A stretch of 34,189 nucleotides of DNA from contig CAXNED010000001.1 in the NCBI GenBank assembly GCA_964201385.1, positions 1 to 34,189 of the forward strand. The letters run 5' to 3'. Every line of letters starts with the position of its first letter. The stretch's first letter is position 1. The translations under genes were made by a program, and so were the position numbers. This document shows, piece after piece, positions 7,110 through 18,109 of the stretch. Under the pieces are notes generated by a model. It worked only from the letters and a program-made list of their open reading frames with translations, made no database searches and was not told the origin of the DNA. Source of the stretch: Sulfurimonadaceae bacterium. GTDB taxonomy: Bacteria > Campylobacterota > Campylobacteria > Campylobacterales > Sulfurimonadaceae.

Positions 7110-7985
7110 TTACTTTTTTGCCAAAACCTCTGCTATTGCCTTGCCAATTTCAGCAGGTGAAACAACAACTTTCACGCCAGCTGCTTCTAAAGCTGCCATC
7201 TTCTCAGCTGCCGTTCCTGCTCCGCCGCTCACTATCGCTCCAGCATGACCCATTCTTTTACCTTTAGGTGCGCTCTGCCCTGCAATAAACGCAACAACAG
7301 GTTTTGTAATATGTTCTTTTATATATGCTGCTGCTTGAATCTCTAAATCTCCGCCGATTTCACCAATCATAACGATTGCGTGAGTCTCTGGGTCTGCTTC
7401 AAACATTGGTAAAAGTTGTTTGTACGAAAGACCTATAATTGGGTCTCCGCCGATACCAACTGCTGTTGAAATACCAAAACCTTCTCTACAAACTTGGTTT
7501 GCGCCCTCGTAAGTTAGAGTACCTGACTTTGAGATTAGTCCGACATTCCCTTTTTTGAAAATCATCCCTGGCATAATTCCGATTTTACACTCCTCTGCCG
7601 TGATGATACCTGGGCAGTTTGGTCCGATTGTTTTCATATTATGTTTAGTTGCATAAGCTTTTGCAGCCTGCATATCTCTTACAGGCGCACCCTCTGTGAT
7701 AATAACTGCAAGTTCGATTCCTGCATCAGCCGCTTCCATAACTGCATCTGCCACAAAAACTGGCGGAACAAATATCATAGAAACAGTCGCACCTGTAGTA
7801 GCAACTGCATCTTTGACTGTGTTAAATACAGGCTGACCTAAATGCTCAGTTCCGCCTTTATTTGGCGTTACACCGCCTACGATTTTAGTTCCGTATGCCA
7901 AACACTGCTCAGCATGAAAAGAACCCTCTTTACCCGTAAAACCTTGAACGATTACTTTTGTGTCTTTATTTACTAATATACTCAT
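7110..7985 (-). CDS. sucD: Succinate--CoA ligase alpha subunit
   Basis: [14 protein letters not shown] and the phospho-His motif RMGHAGA. Confidence 0.97.
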   Translation of the reverse strand: MSILVNKDTKVIVQGFTGKEGSFHAEQCLAYGTKIVGGVTPNKGGTEHLGQPVFNTVKDAVATTGATVSMIFVPPVFVADAVMEAADAGIELAVIITEGAPVRDMQAAKAYATKHNMKTIGPNCPGIITAEECKIGIMPGMIFKKGNVGLISKSGTLTYEGANQVCREGFGISTAVGIGGDPIIGLSYKQLLPMFEADPETHAIVMIGEIGGDLEIQAAAYIKEHITKPVVAFIAGQSAPKGKRMGHAGAIVSGGAGTAAEKMAALEAAGVKVVVSPAEIGKAIAEVLAKK

Positions 7986-7997
7986 AAATCCGCCTCC

Positions 7998-9173
7998 TTA
8001 CTTAGCTTGTTTTGCAGCTGCTACTGCTTTTGCAGCACCGTCAGCCAAATCTGTAGCTGCTATAACATTTGCGATATTTGCATTTCTTAAAATCTCTGCC
8101 GCTTCTGGCGCATTTGTGCCATCAAGTCTAACGATAACTGGAACATGAACATCTACAAGTTTTGTAGCCTCTAAGATACCGTTTGCGATACGGTCACATC
8201 TAACGATTCCACCAAAAATATTTACAAATATAGCTTTAACTTTTGGGTTTTTAAGGATAATCTCAAAACCTTTTGCAACCGTCTCAGCATTTGCTTTTCC
8301 GCCAACATCAAGGAAGTTTGCAGGAGTTCCGCCCATATAGTTGATAGTATCCATAGTACCCATCGCAAGCCCTGCTCCGTTTACCATACAACCGATTTCA
8401 CCATCTAGTGAAACATAAGAGAGACCGTATTTACCAGCTTCTCTCTCGTCTGCATCCTCTTCGCTAATATCTCTCATAGCTTCGATATCTGGATGGCGAC
8501 CAAGTGCAGAATCATCAAATCCCATTTTTCCATCAAGTGCTAAAAACTCACCGCTTCCTGTTTTTACAAGTGGGTTGATTTCTATCATCTCTGCATCATT
8601 TTCCATATAGAGTTTATAAAGTTTTGAAGCAAAATCTATAAATTTTTTCTGCTCAGTTGGGTCTGTGATACCTAAACCAAATACCAACTCTCTTCCGTGA
8701 AAACCTTGAAAACCGATAGCAGGGTCAACTGCTACTTTGATAATCTTCTCAGGAGAATCATGCGCAACATCTTCTATCGCCATACCGCCCTCTGTTGAAG
8801 CCATGATAACAGGCATCTCACGTGCACGGTCAAGAACAACACCAAGGTATAGCTCATCTTTGATATCTGCACCATCTTCGATGTAGAGTTTTTGAACAAG
8901 TTTGCCCTCAGGTCCTGTTTGGTGAGTAACCAAAGTCATCCCTAAAATCTCACGAGAAAGTTTTTCAACTTCTTCGATAGAGCGAGCAAGCTTAACACCG
9001 CCGCCTAGACCACGACCACCAGCGTGGATTTGAGCTTTAACAACCCAGATAGGTCCGCCTAAAATCTCAGCATTTTTAACTGCCTGATCAACGCTCTCCG
9101 CCATTAAACCTTTTGGTGTCGGCACGCCGTACTTAGCAAAAATTTGTTTTGCCTGATATTCATGTATATTCAT
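7998..9173 (-). CDS. sucC: Succinate--CoA ligase beta subunit
   Basis: MNIHEYQAK, KAQIHAGGRG, NGAGLAMGTMD, PANFLDVGG and NIFGGIVRCD motifs. Confidence 0.97.
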   Translation of the reverse strand: MNIHEYQAKQIFAKYGVPTPKGLMAESVDQAVKNAEILGGPIWVVKAQIHAGGRGLGGGVKLARSIEEVEKLSREILGMTLVTHQTGPEGKLVQKLYIEDGADIKDELYLGVVLDRAREMPVIMASTEGGMAIEDVAHDSPEKIIKVAVDPAIGFQGFHGRELVFGLGITDPTEQKKFIDFASKLYKLYMENDAEMIEINPLVKTGSGEFLALDGKMGFDDSALGRHPDIEAMRDISEEDADEREAGKYGLSYVSLDGEIGCMVNGAGLAMGTMDTINYMGGTPANFLDVGGKANAETVAKGFEIILKNPKVKAIFVNIFGGIVRCDRIANGILEATKLVDVHVPVIVRLDGTNAPEAAEILRNANIANVIAATDLADGAAKAVAAAKQAK

Positions 9174-9196
9174 TAAACTCTTCCTTTTTGTAAAAT

Positions 9197-10588
9197 TTAC
9201 GCTTTTGGCGAAATCATATCTTGTGGTATTACATATCTGTCAAACTCTTCGGCACTTAGTAAACCTAGCTCTATCGCTGTTTCCTTAAGAGTTGAACCGT
9301 TTTTGTGTGCCGTTTTTGCTATTTTTGCCGCATTTTCATAACCTATGTAAGGGTTAAGCGCAGTTACTAACATAAGTGAGTTGTTTAGATAAAAATCTAT
9401 TTTATCTTCAACTGGTTCTATTCCTACCGCGCAGTTATCGTTAAACGAGACGATAGAGTCTGCCAACAAACGGCATGATTGTAAAAAGTTATACGCAATG
9501 ACTGGTTTAAACACATTGAGCTGAAAATTTCCCTGACTTGCCGCAAAACCTATTGTCGTGTCATTTCCCATAACTTGACATGTAACCATAGTTACCGCTT
9601 CACTTTGTGTAGGGTTTACTTTACCTGGCATGATAGAAGAACCTGGTTCATTTTCAGGGATAGTAATCTCGCCTATGCCACATCTAGGACCAGAAGCCAA
9701 CCAACGAACATCGTTTGCTATTTTCATCATATCAGCCGAGAGTGCTTTTAGTGCACCGTGAGCGTAAACTAAAGCGTCATGAGAAGTAAGCGCATGAAAC
9801 TTGTTTGGAGCGGTTACAAAATCATGTCCCGTAAGCTCTGTTAGTTTTTTGGCAACTCTCTCTCCAAGCTCTGGATGAGCGTTAAGACCTGTTCCAACCG
9901 CAGTTCCACCAAGGGCTAGTTCACGAACTGCCTCAAGAGAATCTTTTGCCATTTTTTCACACTTGTTAAGCATCTCAACCCAACCGCTAATCTCTTGACC
10001 AAGCGTTAGAGGTGTTGCATCTTGAAGGTGTGTACGTCCGATTTTGACGATATGGTCGAACTTTTGTGATTTCTCTATCAGTGTTGCTCTTAACTTCTCA
10101 ATAGCTGGAAGAACTCTTGTCTCAACTGCAATAACCGCTGCTACATGAAGAGCCGTCGGGTAAGTGTCATTTGAACTTTGAGACTTGTTTACATCATCGT
10201 TTGGATGGATGAGCTTTTCTACTCTAAAATCGCCACCCAAAATTTCTGTTGCACGAGACGCTAAAACCTCGTTGTTGTTCATGTTTGACTGTGTGCCTGA
10301 ACCTGTTTGCCAGACAACTAGAGGATACGCATCATCTAGTTTTCCAGCCAACATATCATCACATGCTTGTGCGATAGCATCCGCTTTTCTAGCATCTAGT
10401 TTGCCTAAGTCTTTATTGACTAAAGCAACCGCTTTTTTTAGATAGGAAAACGCTCTTGTAATCTCATAAGGCATCTTCTCTTCGCCGATTGCAAAATTCT
10501 CAATTGACCTTTGAGTCTGTGCAGCCCAATAGGCATCTATCGGCACCGCAATCTCTCCCATTGTATCTTTTTCTATACGTGTACGCAA
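9197..10588 (-). CDS. fumC: Class II fumarate hydratase
   Basis: [11 protein letters not shown] signature, [12 protein letters not shown] and [13 protein letters not shown] start with SD AAGGAG, 3 nt after the mdh stop. Confidence 0.96.
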   Translation of the reverse strand: MRTRIEKDTMGEIAVPIDAYWAAQTQRSIENFAIGEEKMPYEITRAFSYLKKAVALVNKDLGKLDARKADAIAQACDDMLAGKLDDAYPLVVWQTGSGTQSNMNNNEVLASRATEILGGDFRVEKLIHPNDDVNKSQSSNDTYPTALHVAAVIAVETRVLPAIEKLRATLIEKSQKFDHIVKIGRTHLQDATPLTLGQEISGWVEMLNKCEKMAKDSLEAVRELALGGTAVGTGLNAHPELGERVAKKLTELTGHDFVTAPNKFHALTSHDALVYAHGALKALSADMMKIANDVRWLASGPRCGIGEITIPENEPGSSIMPGKVNPTQSEAVTMVTCQVMGNDTTIGFAASQGNFQLNVFKPVIAYNFLQSCRLLADSIVSFNDNCAVGIEPVEDKIDFYLNNSLMLVTALNPYIGYENAAKIAKTAHKNGSTLKETAIELGLLSAEEFDRYVIPQDMISPKA

Positions 10589-10591
10589 ACT

Positions 10592-11551
10592 CTACTCTCC
10601 TTTATCAAAAAAATTATTTTTATTTAGCGTCTCAATCAAAGTTCTCACAGAGTTACAAGACCCCTCGAACATCTTTTTTTCAGATTCATCAAGAGACATT
10701 TGTATGATTTTCTCAGCTCCATTAGCACCAAGCATAACAGGAACACCTGAAACTACGTTGGAGTGACCATACTCACCCTCCAAAAAGACCGCACATGGAT
10801 GAATCTGTTTTGTATCTTTAAGGATTGCTTCTACCATGATTGCCGTTGCTTTTGCGGGTGCGTAGTAAGCTGAACCTGTTTTAAGATGACCAACTATCTC
10901 TGCACCACCGTTACGCGTACGCACAACGATGTCATTGATTTCAGCTGGTGATAAAACGTCACTCAAAGGAACTCCCGCAACAGTAGAATAACGAGCAAGT
11001 GGTACCATATCATCGCCATGTCCACCCATTACTGAAGCACGGATTTGACCGCCGCCGTAGCCTAGCTTTTCTTGAATGAAACTAGCCATTCTCGCACTGT
11101 CAAGTATCCCCGCCATACCTATAACACGGCTTCTCTCAAAACCGCTCTCTCTGAGTGCGACATACGTCATAGCATCAAGAGGATTTGAAACCATGATGAT
11201 GATAGCGTCGGGCGAGTATTTTGCAACCCCTGCAATAACGTCTTTAGTAATATTTGCATTTATCATAAGAAGATCATCACGGCTCATACCTGGAAGTCTT
11301 GGGCTTCCTGCAGTTACTACAACAACATCACAGTTTGTCAAATCCGACATCTCTTCAGCAACACTTACTACAGTATGGCTTCTTACTGCCGCCGCTGCTT
11401 GGCTCATGTCTAACGCTTTTCCTTTAGCAACATCAATCTTGTTATCACGAAGAATTATCTCGTGACAAGAACCAAGCATTGCTAAAGAGTATGCTACTGT
11501 TGCACCAACATTTCCAGCACCAACAATTCCGACTCTTTTTCCTTGATTCAT
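10592..11551 (-). CDS. mdh: Malate dehydrogenase (LDH-like family)
   Basis: GAGNVG Rossmann motif, [11 protein letters not shown] substrate loop (Arg, malate-type), NPLD, LDSAR and GGHGD. Start at ATG 11551 after SD AAGGAG. Confidence 0.95.
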   Translation of the reverse strand: MNQGKRVGIVGAGNVGATVAYSLAMLGSCHEIILRDNKIDVAKGKALDMSQAAAAVRSHTVVSVAEEMSDLTNCDVVVVTAGSPRLPGMSRDDLLMINANITKDVIAGVAKYSPDAIIIMVSNPLDAMTYVALRESGFERSRVIGMAGILDSARMASFIQEKLGYGGGQIRASVMGGHGDDMVPLARYSTVAGVPLSDVLSPAEINDIVVRTRNGGAEIVGHLKTGSAYYAPAKATAIMVEAILKDTKQIHPCAVFLEGEYGHSNVVSGVPVMLGANGAEKIIQMSLDESEKKMFEGSCNSVRTLIETLNKNNFFDKGE

Positions 11552-11572
11552 ACACACTCCTTGAAATTAAAT

Positions 11573-11599
11573 TGTAATATGGTAACAAAATAGACTTAA
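11573..11599 (-). promoter_or_regulatory. Candidate sigma70 promoter for mdh-fumC-sucCD
   Basis: Minus strand TTAAGTCTATTTTG-T-TACCAT(ATTACA): TTAAG element plus an extended TGn -10-like hexamer. Confidence 0.45.
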
Positions 11600-11673
11600 T
11601 GAAATCCCTAAAACACTACAATCAAAGACAAATTTGCCTTTTTTCTACAACTATAAAGTTACAGAAAAAAAAC

Positions 11674-11709
11674 AAAATTTCGAGAGAGAAAAGAGTCTCT
11701 CGAAAAATT
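11674..11709 (-). terminator. Intrinsic terminator after icd
   Basis: TTTCGAGAGA-GAAAAGAG-TCTCTCGAAA perfect 10-bp stem followed by T-rich sequence on the minus strand. Confidence 0.75.
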
Positions 11710-11713
11710 AATA

Positions 11714-13915
11714 TTAGATGCTATCAATAATAACATTTAACGTTGCAGATGGTCTCATCGCCGCTTCTGCTTTTGCATCGTTTGGATGGTAGTATCCTCC
11801 GATATCTTGCGCTTTGCCCTCAACCGCCATCAACTCTTCCATAATTTTTGCTTCATTCTCTTTGAGTGAAGCAGCAACAGGTGCAAATTTAGCCGCAAGA
11901 GAAGGTGCTTTTGTCTGCGTTGCAAGAGCCTCTGCCCAGTACTGTGCTACAAAGAAGTGAGATGCTTTGTTATCTGCCTCACCTGCACTTCTTCCTGGAG
12001 ATTTATTGTTGTCAAGGTATCCTGCGTTTGCAACGTCAAGTGCCTCCGTAACAGCTTCAAGCTCTTTTGAGTTATGTTTTTGTGCGATAAATCTTAGTGA
12101 CTCTGCAAGTGCTAGGAACTCACCAAGAGAATCCCATCTCAAGTGACCTTCGCTCATAAACTGCTCAACGTGCTTTGGAGCAGACCCGCCCGCACCTGTT
12201 TCAAATACACCACCACCAGCTAAAAGTGGGACGATTGATAACATTTTTGCAGATGTTCCAAGCTCTAAAATAGGGAAAAGGTCTGTGAGATAATCTCTTA
12301 AAACATTTCCTGTAGCGCTGATAGTATCAAGCCCTGCTCTTACTCTTCTTAAACTATATCTCATAGCTTGTTTTGGAGCTAAAATCTCATACTCGATTGG
12401 TGTTTTTGCCAAATGAGCTGGTAAATACTCCATAAGTTTTTTGATAAGGTTACCATCGTGTGGTCTAAATGAATCTAACCAGAACACAACTGGACTTCCA
12501 GTTAAAACGCCTCTCTCATGTGAAAGTTTTACCCAGTCTTTGATTGCAGCGTCTTTTGCTCTGCTCATTCTCCAGATATCGCCTTTTTCTACATTGTGGC
12601 TCATTAAAACTGTACCATCAGCATCAACAACTTCGACAACGCCATCTTCTGCTATCTCAAAAGTTGTAGGATGAGAGCCATACTCTTCAGCTTTTTGCGC
12701 CATCAAACCGACATTAGCAACGTTACCCATAGTCGTTACATCAAACTGACCATTTGCAACACAATCATCAACTATCTCTTTGTAAAAAGTTGCATACGTT
12801 CTATCTGGGATAACTGAAACACACTCTTGAACTTTACCCTCTGCGTTCCACATTTTTCCGCCATCACGAACAACAACAGGCATAGAAGCATCAATGATGA
12901 TGTCGTTCGAAGCGTGTAGATTTGTGATACCTTTATCAGAGTCAACCATAGCCATGTTTGGCTGAGTTTTGTAAGTTGCCATAAGTGCCGCTTCAATCTC
13001 TGCTCTCTTTGCATCTGAAAGTTTTGTAAGTTTTTTATATAAATCACCTAATCCTAAAGTTGAGCTATAGCCAATCTCTTTAAGTTCAGTTGCATATTTT
13101 GCGAAAACATCTTTAAAGAATACTTCAACTGCATGACCAAACATAATAGGGTCAGAGATTTTCATCATCGTTGCTTTTAAGTGTAGAGACCAAAGAACAT
13201 CTTTAGCTTTTGCTTCATCTAAAGTCTCTTGATAAAATGCTCTTAAAGCTCTTGCTGACATAAATGTGCCGTCTAAGATTTCGCTATCTACTGCATTTAT
13301 CTCTTTTAAAAGCTTACCGTTTAAGTTGATTGCAACTTTAGAGTTCCCTTTTTTGATAACTGACTGCTCATTTTCATAGAAATCATTGCCAGACATATGT
13401 GCAACATACGTTTTTGAGTTTTCAGAAAACGCTCTTAATTTATGAGGATTTTTCTTAGCAAAGTTTTTAACCGCTGCAGCTGCGCGTCTATCTGAGTTAC
13501 CTTCTCTAAGAACTGGATTTACCGCTGAACCTAGACATGCAGAGTATCTCTCTTTGATAGCTTTTTGAGCATCAGTTTGTGCATCTTCTGGATACTCAGG
13601 AACAGCATATCCTTGAGATTGAAGTTCTGCTATACAAGCCTTAAGCTGTGGGATAGAAGCCGAAATATTTGGCAATTTTATAATATTGCACTCTGCATCT
13701 TGTACCATCTCACCAAGCTGTGCCAATGCATCTACTTGCTTTTGTTCTGGTGTAAGAAAATCAGAAAATGTTGCAATTACTCTTCCTGAGAGCGAAATAT
13801 CACTCAACTCTACATCAACGCCTGCATTTTTAGTAAAAGCTTTCACGATTGGTAAAAGCGAATATGTTGCTAAAGCTGGTGCTTCATCTATTTTTGACCA
13901 AATAATTTTTGACAT
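11714..13915 (-). CDS. icd: Monomeric NADP-dependent isocitrate dehydrogenase
   Basis: DEAPALATYSLLP, IIKLPNISAS, GSAVNPVLREGNSDRRA, HLKATMMK and FETGAGGSAPKH motifs; 733 aa. Confidence 0.97.
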   Translation of the reverse strand: MSKIIWSKIDEAPALATYSLLPIVKAFTKNAGVDVELSDISLSGRVIATFSDFLTPEQKQVDALAQLGEMVQDAECNIIKLPNISASIPQLKACIAELQSQGYAVPEYPEDAQTDAQKAIKERYSACLGSAVNPVLREGNSDRRAAAAVKNFAKKNPHKLRAFSENSKTYVAHMSGNDFYENEQSVIKKGNSKVAINLNGKLLKEINAVDSEILDGTFMSARALRAFYQETLDEAKAKDVLWSLHLKATMMKISDPIMFGHAVEVFFKDVFAKYATELKEIGYSSTLGLGDLYKKLTKLSDAKRAEIEAALMATYKTQPNMAMVDSDKGITNLHASNDIIIDASMPVVVRDGGKMWNAEGKVQECVSVIPDRTYATFYKEIVDDCVANGQFDVTTMGNVANVGLMAQKAEEYGSHPTTFEIAEDGVVEVVDADGTVLMSHNVEKGDIWRMSRAKDAAIKDWVKLSHERGVLTGSPVVFWLDSFRPHDGNLIKKLMEYLPAHLAKTPIEYEILAPKQAMRYSLRRVRAGLDTISATGNVLRDYLTDLFPILELGTSAKMLSIVPLLAGGGVFETGAGGSAPKHVEQFMSEGHLRWDSLGEFLALAESLRFIAQKHNSKELEAVTEALDVANAGYLDNNKSPGRSAGEADNKASHFFVAQYWAEALATQTKAPSLAAKFAPVAASLKENEAKIMEELMAVEGKAQDIGGYYHPNDAKAEAAMRPSATLNVIIDSI

Positions 13916-14053
13916 CTTTTCGTCCTTGGTAATATTTTCTATCTTTGCAATAAAGTAACACTTAAGTGCAAAAATTTACAAAGACATCTTACCATCAAGA
14001 TAAATAATATGCTAAAACATTGTCAAACTATTTACTTTTCTTTTAAAAGTGTT

Positions 14054-14998
14054 TCAATTTGTAGCACGTTTAATATTGTCCAAATGTGTAGAATAGTTAC
14101 GCGAAAAATCATGTGTCCCTTTTTTGGATTTCATAAAGTAGAGATAATCGCTCTGCGCTGGAAAAATTGCAGCTCTAAGTGCTTCAAAACTGACATTGCA
14201 GACAGGATGCTCTGGAAGTCCCTTGTTTAGGTACGTGTTGTATGTAGAAGTGTCATTTTTAATCATCTCTGGAGTCACTTTTACATGTGAATACTGCCCA
14301 TAATTAAGAGTTCCATCCATCTGTAATTTCATCCCTTTTTTGAGCCTATTATAGATTACTGAACTTACAAGTGGCATCTCTTCAATCGAAGCTGATTCTT
14401 TTTGAATAATAGATGCGATTGTTACAAAATGAAACCATTTTTTCTCATCGTAAAGCCCAAATATCATTTTTGCTATTTTTTTCATCTGTATATCTGACTC
14501 TTGGAGCAAAATCTTCATAACCATTTTTTCAGTTATACCGAGTGGCAACTTATAGGTATTTGGAGCGAAAACGCCTTCTGTCTGTTTTGTTTGAAGCGCG
14601 TATTCTTGTTCTAAAACATCTCTGCTCAGTTGAAGCTGCTCGGCAAGTTGGCTTAAAAAAACAAACGTTGTTTCACCAGGGATAAGAGTGACATCAATCA
14701 GAGCAGCTTTAGCAGTGGTAAGTTTATAAAGAAAATCCCATCTGCTATTATCAGTAGTTCTCATGTCAATCCAACCGCTTTGAGGAGAGCCCATGATACG
14801 AAGCAAGAGTGTATCAAGCTTTGTAACATTGTAATTCTTCTGCTGCATTTGTGTTATAATTTTATTGATCGAACCTTCGGGAATGTATATTACTCTAGGG
14901 GATTTTATAGGCTGATTTAGGTAATACATGAACGATAACGCGATTATTAATGCTATCTCAAAAATACACTTTGCTATTGTTACTATTTTATCATTCAT
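14054..14998 (-). CDS. mltG: Endolytic peptidoglycan transglycosylase MltG (YceG-like)
   Basis: N-terminal TM segment, TLIPGET, ASIIQKE (catalytic Glu), SSVIYNRLKKGMKLQMDGT, YNTY..KGLP and YLYF motifs. Confidence 0.92.
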   Translation of the reverse strand: MNDKIVTIAKCIFEIALIIALSFMYYLNQPIKSPRVIYIPEGSINKIITQMQQKNYNVTKLDTLLLRIMGSPQSGWIDMRTTDNSRWDFLYKLTTAKAALIDVTLIPGETTFVFLSQLAEQLQLSRDVLEQEYALQTKQTEGVFAPNTYKLPLGITEKMVMKILLQESDIQMKKIAKMIFGLYDEKKWFHFVTIASIIQKESASIEEMPLVSSVIYNRLKKGMKLQMDGTLNYGQYSHVKVTPEMIKNDTSTYNTYLNKGLPEHPVCNVSFEALRAAIFPAQSDYLYFMKSKKGTHDFSRNYSTHLDNIKRATN

Positions 14999-17900
14999 AT
15001 TTTTACTACTTTTGAATCTCTTTGTCTTTTTGCAATATGGAATATTTGTTCAAAATGTCTCATTTTCAAATATTAAAGCGGAGCAATTATACATTAAATG
15101 GGATGAAAAAATAAGAGTGCATGTCAAAGAGATAACTCTTACAAACACAGAAGATAAAAACAGTTCTTTAGACGACTATCAATCTCTCTTCACATCTTTA
15201 AAACCACGACTTGCCTATCTTAGCCTCTTTGAAGAGATAAGCCTTGAGAAAGTGACTTTTGATAATTTTAACTTAGAGGTAAAATACAGCGAAGCAAATG
15301 ATGGATTTATAAAGCTATACTCTCCAGATGTGGCGATAGAGGGACTCCTTACTTCTGATGGGACTTTTTTTCATCTTCTGCTTCAAAAGTGTGAAATCAT
15401 CGATAAAGCTCTCAAAATCAATGGTGATATCGTTTTTACTACAAATGATTCGCTTGAGCTCACGAGCACACTCGAAGTAGATGTACAAAATGAAACAAGG
15501 CTAAAACTCTACACCAACAGCAACAGAGAAAAATTGCGTTATGCAGTAGAATCAGAGCAAAAAATAAAAAATATGAAGCAGATAGTAGCACTCTTTGATT
15601 TTGACCCAGAGCTCAAATACTGGGTTGATGATGCAATAGTGTTATCAAGCTTGGAACTTCAAGCGCTCTATGGCTGGCTTGAGTATGAAAAAATGCAGGA
15701 TGCGTACTTAAATATCTATGCAAAAGCTGTAGCAAATGATTTGATTTACACCTATGATACAAAAGTAGCACCTATAAGAACAAAAATGACGGGCTTGGAG
15801 TTTAAAAATGGTGTGCTTTTTATCCGACCGCAAAATGCCTACTCCTATGATTTTTTTCTTGATAAAAGTTGGTTGAAGATTGATTTTACAAAAAAAGAGG
15901 AGCTTTTAACACTACATCTTCTCTTTAATGGTCAAGCAAACAAAGACCTCCTCCATCTGCTCAATAATTATGAAATCAAACTCCCATTTGTCCAGACAAA
16001 AGGGATGATAAATACTGATTTGACTTTAGAGATTAATCTCATGACGTTGGATGTTGAGGCAATTGGAGATTTTTATGCAAAAGAGTCGCAGATACACTAT
16101 TTGGGGCTGGATATCGATATTTTAGATGCACATGTTGTCCTTAAAAATTCTGATGTTCAAGTAAAAGGCATGAGGGCAGCTTATAAAGATATAGCAACTG
16201 CAACTGTTGCTTTAGATTTACAAGCTAAAAAGTCCATAGGCAAACTTGATTTTGCATTTGACACTATCTCTTTTGCAGACAAAAATCTCTCTCTTATGCC
16301 CAGTGAGAAGCCGCTTAGCGTTACTTACTTTATCGATGAAAAACAAGATTATCTGAAAATTGCAAAATCACAATGGAGCTATAAAGAGCATGCTGTTGGA
16401 GTGGATGCCACAAAAGTTCTCTTTGACATAAAAAACCTTAAAGCAAAAATCCCATCTACAAATATAAAAGCAGATGGAATAGCAACAGCTACGCTTTTGG
16501 GAGACATCTCCTTTAAATCACAAGAGGCTTTTTTTGACCTTACTCTTTTATCGCTGGATTATCTTGGCATCGGTATAAATGAAACTCCTAAATTGCAACT
16601 GACTTACAAAGATGGTTCAACAACAGTTGTGTCAAAAAATCCCCTCGCGCTTACCATAAATGGCGATAAAGTAAATTTTCAAAATGTAGCAGTCGCCATC
16701 TCAGATGATTTTATAAAACTTAATAATACCGCTTTTACTTATGCAGATATCCTCAAAGCAACCGCAAGTCTCAACTACAATCGTAAAAGTGAAGCTGGAA
16801 CGATAGATGTCTCTGAGTTTTCTTTGCAAAATGAAACATTTGGTGCAATTTTTGCAAGTAAAAACAAAACAAAACTTCTTTTTGAAAACAAAAAAAACAG
16901 CACACGTATATACTCCAAAGAGTATCAGTTTGAGTATCTGCTCGGTAAAGATGAGTGGTTTTTTAAAATCGATTCATTAGAAAAAATAGCACAAAAATCG
17001 GAGATTTTACAAAAATACAGCCTTGAAGATGGTCACTTTAGAGCACAAAAAAAGAGTAGCCAAAAAGATATCTTGTTTTGGTTGAACACAGAGTATAAAC
17101 ATAAAATTCTTATAGAAGAGAACAAACCTGTAGAGAGCTATTTTGTTGCAGGAGCGTACAACACACAAAAAAGCCAAACAACGCTCAAGATTAACGATGT
17201 TCTCACTATAGATGTTAAAGATACCATACAAATCAAAGCAGACAATCTTGGCATCAATATAGATGAAGTTATCAATATCTTTGATGACAATGCCACAGAA
17301 GAGGAAGAGGAAGATAAAAAGAAAAGCTCTCCCCTCGTTACCATCGACACTACGGGATGCTACCTCTATTTAAGTGAAAATAGAAATATTATCTCCGATA
17401 GTATGCATTTTGAGTATGCCGATGAAACACTTCGTGGAGAGCTAAAGCACCAAGAAGGGAGAGCAAATTTTCTGCTCAAAGAGAAAAAATTTCATCTCTA
17501 TGGTAAAAATTTTGGTGATACATTTATGGAAAAACTCTTCTCTCTCTCCAAATTTAAAGGCGGCTCTATGGAGTTTTATATAGGCGGTCCACTCAAAGAG
17601 TATGATGGAACGATTCATATCAAAGATACAACTATCATGGACTATAAGATTTTAAACAATGTCCTTGCTTTTGTAAACACCGTTCCTTCGCTCATGACAT
17701 TCTCTCTTCCTGGATATAACATCAAAGGCGTAGCTGCAAAAGAGGCATATGCAAAATTTAAACTCAAAGAAGATGTTTATAAAATAAGTGATATTTACCT
17801 TAACTCAAAAGAGATAGAAATCGCGGGAATGGGTGAAGCAAGCATAAAACAAAACACAATTGATTTGGATCTCAATCTCATAACAAATCTTGGCAGTTCC

Positions 17901-18101
17901 TTTTCAAAAATACCTCTTGTTGGGCATATTTTACTTGGAAACAAAAACATCTCCACCTCCTTGCGTGTTACAGGCGCCCTTGACGACCCAGATGTAAAAA
18001 CGCAAGTTACCAAAGATATTGCGGTAGCACCATTTAACATCATCAAAAGAACACTTATGTACCCTTTTGAACTCTTCAAAAGCGAAGAAGAGAAGAACTG
18101 A
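14928..18101 (+). CDS. YhdP/AsmA-like (DUF3971-type) periplasm-spanning protein
   Basis: 1057 aa with a single N-terminal TM segment, a beta-rich body and an AsmA-like C-terminus (SKIPLVGHILLG...VTGALDDPDV). Divergent pairing with mltG is a known Campylobacterota arrangement. Confidence 0.8.
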   Translation: MNDNAIINAISKIHFAIVTILSFIFLLLLNLFVFLQYGIFVQNVSFSNIKAEQLYIKWDEKIRVHVKEITLTNTEDKNSSLDDYQSLFTSLKPRLAYLSLFEEISLEKVTFDNFNLEVKYSEANDGFIKLYSPDVAIEGLLTSDGTFFHLLLQKCEIIDKALKINGDIVFTTNDSLELTSTLEVDVQNETRLKLYTNSNREKLRYAVESEQKIKNMKQIVALFDFDPELKYWVDDAIVLSSLELQALYGWLEYEKMQDAYLNIYAKAVANDLIYTYDTKVAPIRTKMTGLEFKNGVLFIRPQNAYSYDFFLDKSWLKIDFTKKEELLTLHLLFNGQANKDLLHLLNNYEIKLPFVQTKGMINTDLTLEINLMTLDVEAIGDFYAKESQIHYLGLDIDILDAHVVLKNSDVQVKGMRAAYKDIATATVALDLQAKKSIGKLDFAFDTISFADKNLSLMPSEKPLSVTYFIDEKQDYLKIAKSQWSYKEHAVGVDATKVLFDIKNLKAKIPSTNIKADGIATATLLGDISFKSQEAFFDLTLLSLDYLGIGINETPKLQLTYKDGSTTVVSKNPLALTINGDKVNFQNVAVAISDDFIKLNNTAFTYADILKATASLNYNRKSEAGTIDVSEFSLQNETFGAIFASKNKTKLLFENKKNSTRIYSKEYQFEYLLGKDEWFFKIDSLEKIAQKSEILQKYSLEDGHFRAQKKSSQKDILFWLNTEYKHKILIEENKPVESYFVAGAYNTQKSQTTLKINDVLTIDVKDTIQIKADNLGINIDEVINIFDDNATEEEEEDKKKSSPLVTIDTTGCYLYLSENRNIISDSMHFEYADETLRGELKHQEGRANFLLKEKKFHLYGKNFGDTFMEKLFSLSKFKGGSMEFYIGGPLKEYDGTIHIKDTTIMDYKILNNVLAFVNTVPSLMTFSLPGYNIKGVAAKEAYAKFKLKEDVYKISDIYLNSKEIEIAGMGEASIKQNTIDLDLNLITNLGSSFSKIPLVGHILLGNKNISTSLRVTGALDDPDVKTQVTKDIAVAPFNIIKRTLMYPFELFKSEEEKN

Positions 18102-18109
18102 TTCTTCTT

